Assembly (NCBI GenBank): GCA_039714075.1
Contig: JBDLKA010000048.1
Span: forward strand, 1-25,289
From: Candidatus Krumholzibacteriota bacterium
Lineage (GTDB): Bacteria; Krumholzibacteriota; Krumholzibacteriia; LZORAL124-64-63
Reading direction: 5' to 3'
DNA: 25,289 bases
Below are positions 7,233 to 15,040 of the stretch, piece by piece. The notes under the pieces were generated by a model. The model was given only the letters and a program-made list of their open reading frames with translations, did not search any database and was not told where the DNA came from. The translations under genes and the position numbers were made by a program. The stretch's first letter is position 1, and each line of letters opens with the position of its first letter.

Positions 7233-7565
7233 CTAAAGAGCCAGCTGGATCAGTGAGTTCAGGAGGAGCCAGAGCTCATCCAGGACCGAATCGTCCCAAT
7301 CACCGCATCCTTCTAGGGAACCCAAACCGTCAGGTTGATCCTTAGCCCCTAAACCATCTCCCATTTCACCAGGATCACCATTCTGGCCGTCGTCGGAGGC
7401 CCCATTGACTACGACGACAAGATCATTTTGATCATTTTGGGAGGAGGAAGCTGAGGAATCCTGCTTCTCCGGAATTCCACCGGCAGCAGCAACAGAAGAA
7501 AGCGAAGTGATGGACAAAAACGACCACATCACCAGAAGAACCAGAACCGTCAGATTCTTTTTCAT
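7233..7565 (-). CDS. Small (110 aa) secreted acidic protein, candidate propeptide
   Basis: AAGGAG SD before ATG 7565. MKK n-region, hydrophobic h-region and VAAA-G cleavage-like site. Asp/Gly/Ser-rich mature part (GDPGEMGDG) and amphipathic C-terminal helix VLDELWLLLNSLIQLAL. Confidence 0.75.
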   Translation of the reverse strand: MKKNLTVLVLLVMWSFLSITSLSSVAAAGGIPEKQDSSASSSQNDQNDLVVVVNGASDDGQNGDPGEMGDGLGAKDQPDGLGSLEGCGDWDDSVLDELWLLLNSLIQLAL

Positions 7566-7705
7566 GTCCTTCTCCTTCATAACAACACCCCGTCTTAAAC
7601 AAAACCACCGCGGCACTCCGGACCTGGTATCTGGAGCCGCAGAAAAATCCTAATTACTCTATTTATTTACGGATCAAAGGTTGATCCGTCAACAAGTTTC
7701 GGGAA

Positions 7706-9067
7706 TCAACCCGATTCCGGCTGGGTACGCAGCCCGTATTTGGTGATCTTCTTGTAGAGGTTGCTCCTCTGCATTCCCAAGGCTTCCGCCGTCTTGCTGA
7801 CATTGTACAGGTTTTCCTTCAGCTTGTGTTGAAGAAATGCCCCCTCGCTTGCGGATTTGAAGTCCTGGAAGTCGTTGCATTCAAAAAAAGAAGGTTCCCC
7901 GGCGACCTCATGGGAGGCACCGGGCAACAGAGGCAGGTCCGTGGGCTTTATGACCTCCTCCGGGGCCAGGATCAGCATTCTTTCCACCAGGTTACGCAAT
8001 TCCCGGACGTTGCCGGGCCAGGAGTATTCCTGCAGGATCGCCAGGGTCTCGGGGTCGAAACGGCGGGGCTTTGTTTTCAGCCGCGCGGCCAAATCGGCCA
8101 GGAACCATTCCAAGAGCAGGGCAATGTCCCCTTCCCTCTCCCGCAAGGGAGGCAAATGAATGGAAAGGACATTCAGGCGGAAGAAGAGATCCCTCCGGAA
8201 ACCGGATTCCGGCGAAGACAGATCGCGGTTCGTGGCGGCCACGATACGAACATCGACTGACTTGGTGTCTCCCCCTCCCACGCGCTGGAACTTGTTTTCT
8301 TCCACCGCCTTGAGCACCTTGGCCTGAGCCTCTTCGTTCATGTCGCCAATTTCATCGAGAAACAGGGTTCCCCCGTCAGCCAATTCGAATTTGCCGATTC
8401 TCTGCTTGTCCGCGCCGGTAAAACTGCCCTTTTCATGGCCGAAAAGTTCACTTTCAACCAGATCCCGGGGGATGGCCGCACAATTCACCTCGACCAGGGG
8501 ACGGTCCATGCGGGCGCTGGCCCGGTGAATGGCCCGGACCACGAGTTCCTTGCCCGTGCCGTTCTCGCCGGTGATCAGGACGGTCGCCTCGCTGGCGGCA
8601 ACCTTGTCTATGAAGGCCCGCACCTCGCGGATGCCCCGGCTTTCCCCCACCAGGGGGTGGGATGTGACCGCCTGATCCTGGAGAATGCGGCGGTCCGAAA
8701 GCACCTCCTGGTGATCCAGGCAATTGGTGAGCGTCACCAGCAGCCGCGACCTGTCCAGGGGCTTTTCCAGGAAATCATAGGCGCCCTTCTTGACGGCATC
8801 CACAGCGGTTTCGATGTTGCCATGGCCGGAAACGACGATCACGGGCATCCGATGCCCGTCGGCGGCCAGGCGGTCAAGAACTTCGAAACCATCCATTCCC
8901 GGCATCTTGACGTCCAGCAGAATGACGTCCGGAGCCGAGGACGCCACCACGGCCAGCCCCTCGGCCCCGGACCCGGCTTTTTTCACTTCGTAACCCTCAT
9001 AGGAGAGAATCTGTTCAAGGGTTTCGCGGATGGCGATTTCATCGTCGATGACAAGGACCGTTTTCAA
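7706..9067 (-). CDS. NtrC/NtrX-family sigma-54-dependent response regulator (REC-AAA+-HTH)
   Basis: REC motifs [18 protein letters not shown] and [60 protein letters not shown] start. Confidence 0.95.
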   Translation of the reverse strand: MKTVLVIDDEIAIRETLEQILSYEGYEVKKAGSGAEGLAVVASSAPDVILLDVKMPGMDGFEVLDRLAADGHRMPVIVVSGHGNIETAVDAVKKGAYDFLEKPLDRSRLLVTLTNCLDHQEVLSDRRILQDQAVTSHPLVGESRGIREVRAFIDKVAASEATVLITGENGTGKELVVRAIHRASARMDRPLVEVNCAAIPRDLVESELFGHEKGSFTGADKQRIGKFELADGGTLFLDEIGDMNEEAQAKVLKAVEENKFQRVGGGDTKSVDVRIVAATNRDLSSPESGFRRDLFFRLNVLSIHLPPLREREGDIALLLEWFLADLAARLKTKPRRFDPETLAILQEYSWPGNVRELRNLVERMLILAPEEVIKPTDLPLLPGASHEVAGEPSFFECNDFQDFKSASEGAFLQHKLKENLYNVSKTAEALGMQRSNLYKKITKYGLRTQPESG

Positions 9068-9235
9068 TGGTCTTCCCTTTTCGTGGGGGGCGGCTTGCGC
9101 GTCGAGCCCGCCGGTAGGTTATTGGGGTTGCTTATCGCACCTTTGCCATAACTTGCACCGGTTTTCAAGCGGGTGTCAAGAGGCGACCGGATTCGAGAGT
9201 CCTTCAGGACAATGCACCCGATCAAGGATCAAGCG

Positions 9236-10294
9236 ATGGATTGCAAACCCCTGCTCCGGTCCCTGGTTCCCGACCGCCTGGCCGGACTTGTCGCCGAAGC
9301 CGGGCTGCCCGCCTACCGGGCTGATCAGCTGGCCGACTGGCTTTTCGCCCGGGGAGTTTTCCGCTGGGAGGAAATGACCAACCTTCCCCAGGCCCTGCGA
9401 GCCGACCTGGCCGCACGGTTCGACCTGTCCGCCCTGGAGCCCACCGAACGGCAGGTTTCCGGCGACGGCACCCGGAAATTCCTGTTCCGCCTGCGGGACG
9501 GCGCCACCGTGGAAAGCGTGATCATTCCCATGGAAGAGCACGCCACCTTCTGTATCTCCACCCAGGTCGGGTGCGCCATGGCGTGCCGTTTCTGTGCCAC
9601 CGCCCGGGGCGGCCTGGTCCGCAACCTGGAAGCGGGGGAAATCCTGGAGCAGGTGCTGCGCCTGCGCCACGATACCGCGGCCGATCCCCTTCCGGGGCTG
9701 GGCAACCGCCAGTTCAACGTCGTCTACATGGGCATGGGTGAACCGCTGGACAACTGGGAAGCGGTGAACGACAGCCTGACTTGCATGATGGACCCCGGGG
9801 GCCTGGCCATGTCCCGCAGGAGGATCCAGATATCGACCAGCGGCCCCGGTGAAGGTCTGCGGAAAATGGTCGCCGCCGAACCGGGGGTCGGGTTGACCAT
9901 CAGCCTCGGGGGCAGCACGGACGCCGAGCGTAAGGCGGTCATGCCGGTACCGGGCCGCACCTCCATCCGGGAAGTCCTGGACCTGGCGGTGCAATACGTT
10001 CGCCGCACCGGAAGACGGGCCACGGTGGCCTGGGTGTTGATCGCCGGCCAGACCGATGATCCGGAGCAGGCCGCGAGGCTGGCCCGGTTGCTGCGGGGCA
10101 AGCCGCTCAAGGTCAACCTCATCCCCCTGAACCCGCTGGACGACGGCAAACTTCTGCCGCCGGACCAGAAGGAGATCCAGGCCTTCCGCCGGATTCTGGC
10201 CGATGCCGGAATCGACACCTTTGTCAGGATCAGCGGCGGGCAGGATATTGCCGCTGCCTGCGGCCAGTTGCGACGAAGGCGATTGCGGTCCTGA
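9236..10294 (+). CDS. rlmN: Radical SAM RNA methyltransferase RlmN (23S rRNA A2503 C2)
   Basis: DGTRKFLF, CISTQVGCAMACRFC (CxxxCxxC), MGMGEPL, VNLIPLN and DIAAACGQL. Start uncertain (9212 or 9236). Confidence 0.9.
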   Translation: MDCKPLLRSLVPDRLAGLVAEAGLPAYRADQLADWLFARGVFRWEEMTNLPQALRADLAARFDLSALEPTERQVSGDGTRKFLFRLRDGATVESVIIPMEEHATFCISTQVGCAMACRFCATARGGLVRNLEAGEILEQVLRLRHDTAADPLPGLGNRQFNVVYMGMGEPLDNWEAVNDSLTCMMDPGGLAMSRRRIQISTSGPGEGLRKMVAAEPGVGLTISLGGSTDAERKAVMPVPGRTSIREVLDLAVQYVRRTGRRATVAWVLIAGQTDDPEQAARLARLLRGKPLKVNLIPLNPLDDGKLLPPDQKEIQAFRRILADAGIDTFVRISGGQDIAAACGQLRRRRLRS

Positions 10295-10336
10295 GCAGGG
10301 AAGCCCCCTCGGTCGTGCCGGCCGGATCCTACCCGC

Positions 10337-10364
10337 AAAAAAAGGCCCCTCTTTCGAGGGACCT
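10337..10364 (-). terminator. Intrinsic terminator downstream of the Rrf2 gene
   Basis: Minus strand: AGGTCCCTC-GAAA-GAGGGGCCT then T-tract, between the convergent rlmN and rrf2 genes. Confidence 0.75.
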
Positions 10365-10396
10365 CAATTCATCCTGATCTTGTCGAGCGGGGTCGT

Positions 10397-10795
10397 TTAG
10401 AGAACGTCGGCCAATGAGGTCTTGTCCAGGGCCCCGGTCAGGGCGGTCTGGGCTTCGCGCCAGACGTTGGCCACGGCACAGGTATCGGCATCCTGACAGG
10501 GATCCACCTTGCGCAGGCAATGGTTCAGGGCGATGCCGCCTTCGCAGATCTCCACGATTTCCCGCAGGGTGATATCGTCCGCGGGCCTACCCAGGCTGAA
10601 TCCGCCCTTCACTCCCCGGTGGGATTTCACGACTCCCGCCTGGGCCAGCATCTGGAAAATCTTGGCCAGGAAAGCTTCGGAAACCTCGCAGGATCCGGCA
10701 ATGAGCTTCAGTTGGACTGGAGCGTCATTGTTGCGGCGGGCGAGTTCCTGGAGACCGCGGATGGCATATTCAGTCTGTCTGGTAATCTGAAGCAT
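10397..10795 (-). CDS. Rrf2-family transcriptional regulator with Fe-S-type cysteines
   Basis: YAIRGL...FLAKIFQML..AGVVKSHRGVKGGFSL.RP..DITL.EIV..EG, plus C-x6-C-x5-C (HCLRKVDPCQDADTC). Confidence 0.93.
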   Translation of the reverse strand: MLQITRQTEYAIRGLQELARRNNDAPVQLKLIAGSCEVSEAFLAKIFQMLAQAGVVKSHRGVKGGFSLGRPADDITLREIVEICEGGIALNHCLRKVDPCQDADTCAVANVWREAQTALTGALDKTSLADVL

Positions 10796-10869
10796 CGGAG
10801 ACCTTTCCTTCTATGGCATTGCTTTGGCGAATCTCCCTGGGACTAAATAGGACCATAGTCGGATTGTTG

Positions 10870-12114
10870 TCAAACACTGGAATTTTTGGCGAGGCGCAAA
10901 CTTTTTGCCACCAGATTTGAAACTGGACATTCCGGGGCCGAAATATCGAAAAAACGGGCCCATAATTGTTTATGGTTGGATGATGAACTTCCGGCCACCA
11001 CCCCGCTGCGGTCCCGGTGTTCAGGCGGCGCAGCCAATATATCCCCGGGATGGTCCGGTCCCTCGGCAAGACGCAAATCATAAACCGACACCAAGAGTCG
11101 GTACCTGGTAATCTGGTGCCGAAAACTGCCCACCAGGACCGGATCCTGGTCATTCCGGGAATATCCCGGAATCGGCACACCGTGCAGCCAGGACCTCCAG
11201 AACCGGCCGGGCCAATCGGCGGCCCCATTCACCGGTCGGGGGAGCCAAGGCGTGGACGGCAGCCCCCAGAGCCCGGCATGAAGTCCGGAGACATCCGCCC
11301 TGACCGGAGGAGGGACATCAGCAGGACCGGCGACCGGACCGGCACCGGGAGGAAGCAGGAGCACCTGCTCCTGCCGGCGGACAAGCAGCAGCCCCAACTG
11401 GACGCCAATGGCGGCGGCGGTGGACTTCGCCGGTGGCACCTGGTCCACGATCCCGGCCTGGTGAGCACGGCACAGGGAACGGACCGGACAGACAGGGCAG
11501 CGAGGATCCCCGGCGCGGCACACCAACGCCCCCAGTTCCATCACCGCCTCGTTCCAGTCCCCCGGTCGTTCTTCATCCACCAGGCCGGCGGCCACCCGGT
11601 CGAGATGGGCAGGCTTGAGATCCGCCAGGGTTTTCGTGTCGCCCACCAGCCAGCGGGAAAGGACCCGGCGGGCATTGGCGTCCACCGCGGGCACCCTGAT
11701 GCCCAGACCGATGCTGGCCACGGCCCCGCCGGCATAGGGACCGATCCCCGGCAGAGCCAGCCAGCCTTCGACCTCCCGGGGCAGTTTGCCCTCCATTTTG
11801 TCGGCCACCATTCGGGCGGCCTCGTGAAGCTGCCGGGCCCGCCGGTAATAACCAAGCCCGGCCCACAGGGACAGGACTTCATCCGGATCCGCCGCGGCGA
11901 GAGTCTCCACGTCGGGAAATACGGCCAGGAACTTCTCCCAATAGGGCACGACCACCTTGACGGTGGTCTGCTGCAGCATCATTTCGGAGATCCAGGTCCC
12001 GTACAAGGTGCGGCGGCGGCGCCAGGGCAGTTCGCGTTTATTTACGTCGAACCAGGACAGCAACAGGCGGCGGTACTTTTCCGGGTGGTCATTCAGGTAA
12101 GCGGCGGTGGGCAA
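10870..12114 (-). CDS. mutY: A/G-specific adenine DNA glycosylase MutY
   Basis: RELPWR, WISEMMLQQT, W.GLGYY.RAR.LH, HhH LPGIGPY, VDAN..RV and the 4Fe-4S motif C....PRC..CPV...C. Confidence 0.92.
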   Translation of the reverse strand: MPTAAYLNDHPEKYRRLLLSWFDVNKRELPWRRRRTLYGTWISEMMLQQTTVKVVVPYWEKFLAVFPDVETLAAADPDEVLSLWAGLGYYRRARQLHEAARMVADKMEGKLPREVEGWLALPGIGPYAGGAVASIGLGIRVPAVDANARRVLSRWLVGDTKTLADLKPAHLDRVAAGLVDEERPGDWNEAVMELGALVCRAGDPRCPVCPVRSLCRAHQAGIVDQVPPAKSTAAAIGVQLGLLLVRRQEQVLLLPPGAGPVAGPADVPPPVRADVSGLHAGLWGLPSTPWLPRPVNGAADWPGRFWRSWLHGVPIPGYSRNDQDPVLVGSFRHQITRYRLLVSVYDLRLAEGPDHPGDILAAPPEHRDRSGVVAGSSSSNHKQLWARFFDISAPECPVSNLVAKSLRLAKNSSV

Positions 12115-12264
12115 TTCCGGGTTCAGGATGACAAGGTCTCCCCTGGCTGGTCAGGCGTGGCGCGGATTGTTCGCCCGTTGACAAAACGGAGTGCCGCAGG
12201 TAAGCATTGTGCCCGTTGTTCTTGTTCAAGGCAACCAGGTTCCGGTGACGATAAGGAGTAAACA

Positions 12265-14076
12265 ATGTCTGCCCAGACCATCCCCGAGCTTTTCCTGTCC
12301 TCCGTGCGGGAGTTCCCCCGTCCGGACTGTTTCTCCTACCGGGATGAAACGGGCCAGTACGTGGATGTCTCCAGTGAGGAAGCGCTCCGCCGGGTCAGGG
12401 CCCTGAGGATGGGTCTGAAATCCCTGGGCGTCCAGCCGGGTGACCGGGTGGCCCTGCTTGCGGAAAACCGGATCGAGTGGGCCCTGGCCGACCTGGGCTG
12501 CCTTTGCGCCGGCGCCGTCACCGTTCCTGTCTACCCCACTCTGATGGTGGACACCATCGAGTACATCATGAGTGAATCCGAACCGGTGGTGGTCTTCGTA
12601 TCGACCGAGGAACAGGCCGCCAAGATCCACCAGATCCGGGAGCGGTTGCCGTCGGTCCGGGATGTTATTTCATTCGAGCGGACCAGCCTGCCCGACATCC
12701 TGACTTTCGACAAGTTGAAGCAGATCGGGCAGAACCTCCTGGAGGACAACCCGCCGGCGCCCCGGGACGAATGCGCAGAGTTGGACAAGGATTCCCCCTG
12801 CAGCATCATCTACACCTCCGGCACCACGGGCAACCCCAAGGGGGTGGTCCTCTCGCACTGGAATTTCGTTTCGAACGTGCTGAACATAAAGGACCAGGTG
12901 CCGATCAGTTCGGCGGACCGCTGTCTGTCCTTCCTGCCCTTGAGCCACGTCCTGGAAAGAATGGGCGGGCTTTTCACCATGCTTACGGTGGGGGCCAGCA
13001 TCGCCTACGCGGAAAAAATGGAGACGGTGCCGCAGGACATCCTCGATGTGCGGCCGACGTTCATGATCAGTGTCCCGCGGCTCTATGAAAAAATCTACGC
13101 CAAGGCCATGGCCACGGCCATGGGTGCGGGCTTTCCCAAGAAGAACATCTTCATGTGGGCGCGGGATGTGGCGATCCGCAAGGCCCGCATGAAGGCGGCC
13201 GGCCAAAAGACCGGGGCCCTGTTCAACTTCCAGTACGCCCTGGCGGACAAGCTGGTGTTCAGCAAGGTGCGCGCCAAACTGGGCGGCAGGATCCAGTTGA
13301 TGATTTCCGGCGGAGCCCCCCTCAACTCCAAGATCAACCAGTTCTTCAACGGCGCGGGCCTGAATATCCTGGAAGGTTACGGACTGACCGAAACCAGTCC
13401 CATCCTGACGGCGAACACCTTCGACAACTTCCGTTACGGCAGCGTCGGCAAGGCGATCCCCGACACGGAACTGAAGATCGCGGAGGACGGGGAGATCCTG
13501 GCCCGCGGCCCCCAGGTCATGCTGGGCTACTACAGGAACGAGGAGGCCACCCGGGAAGTCATCGACGAGGACGGCTGGTTCGCCACCGGTGACATCGGCC
13601 ATCTGGACGAGGACGGATTCCTGTTCATCACCGACCGCAAGAAGGACCTCATCGTGACGGCCGGCGGCAAGAACATCGCGCCGCAACCGATCGAGAACCA
13701 ATACGCGGCCAACAAGTACATCTCGCAAGCGGTTATCATCGGGGATCGTCGTCAGTTCCTGTCGGCCCTGATCGTACCCAATTTCGAGACCCTGCAGGAT
13801 TTCGCCTCCGGCAAGGGCATCCATTCCATGGAGGTGTCCGACCTGGTTCGCCATCCCCAGATCCAGGCGCTGTTCGAAGAGATCATCAACGACATGAACC
13901 AGGATCTGCCCAGCTTCAGCCAGGTCAGGAAATTCTCCCTGCTGGAGCGGGAATTCACCCTGGACGACGGGGAACTGACCCCCACCATGAAGGTCAAGAG
14001 GTTCGCGGTCAACCGCATGTACAAGGAGACCATCGACACCATGTACCCCGAGCCCCTGGCCGGGGAAGACGCCTGA
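12265..14076 (+). CDS. Long-chain fatty acid-CoA ligase (AMP-binding family)
   Basis: AAGGAG SD. IIYTSGTTGNPKGV, LSFLPLSHVLER, EGYGLTET, GWFATGDIG, DRKKDLIVTAGGKNIAPQPIE and ELTPTMKVKR. Confidence 0.95.
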   Translation: MSAQTIPELFLSSVREFPRPDCFSYRDETGQYVDVSSEEALRRVRALRMGLKSLGVQPGDRVALLAENRIEWALADLGCLCAGAVTVPVYPTLMVDTIEYIMSESEPVVVFVSTEEQAAKIHQIRERLPSVRDVISFERTSLPDILTFDKLKQIGQNLLEDNPPAPRDECAELDKDSPCSIIYTSGTTGNPKGVVLSHWNFVSNVLNIKDQVPISSADRCLSFLPLSHVLERMGGLFTMLTVGASIAYAEKMETVPQDILDVRPTFMISVPRLYEKIYAKAMATAMGAGFPKKNIFMWARDVAIRKARMKAAGQKTGALFNFQYALADKLVFSKVRAKLGGRIQLMISGGAPLNSKINQFFNGAGLNILEGYGLTETSPILTANTFDNFRYGSVGKAIPDTELKIAEDGEILARGPQVMLGYYRNEEATREVIDEDGWFATGDIGHLDEDGFLFITDRKKDLIVTAGGKNIAPQPIENQYAANKYISQAVIIGDRRQFLSALIVPNFETLQDFASGKGIHSMEVSDLVRHPQIQALFEEIINDMNQDLPSFSQVRKFSLLEREFTLDDGELTPTMKVKRFAVNRMYKETIDTMYPEPLAGEDA

Positions 14077-14077
14077 C

Positions 14078-15004
14078 ATGGAACGAACCACCGTGGACCA
14101 GGGGCCGCCCGCCCGGACATCACCCTGGACCAGGCCGATGGTCTGCACCAGTGTGGGCCTCGTGGGCAACATCCTGTTGTCCGTGGGGAAACTCGCCTTC
14201 GGCATGATCGCCGGCTCGGCCGCCCTTGTCGCCGACGGCTTCCACAGTCTGGCGGATGTCCTGAGCGATGTGGGAATCCTCCTGGCCCTCAAGGCCTCCA
14301 CGCGGCCGCCGGACAAGAACCATCCCTACGGCCACCACAGTTTTGAAACCCTGGGCGCCACCCTGGTGGCCCTGTTCATGCTTTTCACCGCGGTGATGAT
14401 CGCCAAGAGCGCGATCGAACACCTCATCGAGGGCACCTACCTCGTTCCCCAGCTTGGCGCCCTGCTGGCTTCGATCGTGGCGGTGGTGATCAAGGAAGTG
14501 ATGGCCCGCTACACCCTGTTCGTGGGGCGCATACACGGCAGCCCCGCCCTGTTGGCCAACGGCGCCATGCACAGGTCCGACGCCATCAGTTCCCTGGCCG
14601 CCGCCGCCGGCATCGGCGGAGCCATGATCGGCTGGACCTTCCTGGACAGCGTCGGCGCCCTGGTCATCGCGATATTCATCCTCAAAATGGGCTGGGACCT
14701 GATGCGGGAAAACGTCATGGCCCTGATGGACACCATGCCCGACGAGGAGTTGCTGGAGGAGATCCGCGCCGCGTCACTGGACGTGTCCTGCGTACAGGAA
14801 GTCCGTGACATGCAGGTCCGGCAAAGGGGATCCTGGTTCATGGTCGATCTGCGGATCGCGGTCCACCCCGATCACACCATCGAGTCCGCCCATGCCACCG
14901 CCCACGAAGTCGAGGACGCGGTCCGGGAAAAAGTCAAGCGGGTGACCAGGGTGTTCGTCCATGTCGAACCAGGGATGCGCGACCAGGAACCGGATTGCCG
15001 ATGA
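14078..15004 (+). CDS. Cation diffusion facilitator (FieF-like) metal transporter
   Basis: GS.ALVADGFHSLAD, PPD..HPYGH..FE, H.RSD in TM5, and cytoplasmic domain with AH..AHEVE and VFVHVEP. Confidence 0.93.
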   Translation: MERTTVDQGPPARTSPWTRPMVCTSVGLVGNILLSVGKLAFGMIAGSAALVADGFHSLADVLSDVGILLALKASTRPPDKNHPYGHHSFETLGATLVALFMLFTAVMIAKSAIEHLIEGTYLVPQLGALLASIVAVVIKEVMARYTLFVGRIHGSPALLANGAMHRSDAISSLAAAAGIGGAMIGWTFLDSVGALVIAIFILKMGWDLMRENVMALMDTMPDEELLEEIRAASLDVSCVQEVRDMQVRQRGSWFMVDLRIAVHPDHTIESAHATAHEVEDAVREKVKRVTRVFVHVEPGMRDQEPDCR

Positions 15005-15040
15005 AGCTACCCGGGTCACGCTGAGAAATGCGGCCGCCCC

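Noticed and set aside
4424..7345. Long plus-strand ORFs (564 aa, 395 aa) and similar long antisense ORFs elsewhere (12670..14316, 17244..18716, 22054..23769)
   Set aside because: They lie opposite well-supported genes, which is expected in high-GC coding DNA where antisense stop codons are scarce.
9236..10294. Cfr-type resistance methyltransferase
   Set aside because: The N-terminal region and housekeeping context fit RlmN, and there is no mobile context. A phylogeny would be needed to claim otherwise.
12178..12207. Sigma-70 promoter for the acyl-CoA ligase (TTGACA at 12178-12183)
   Set aside because: The -35 is perfect but the -10 at 17-bp spacing (TAAGCA) is weak. Plausible, but not enough to call.
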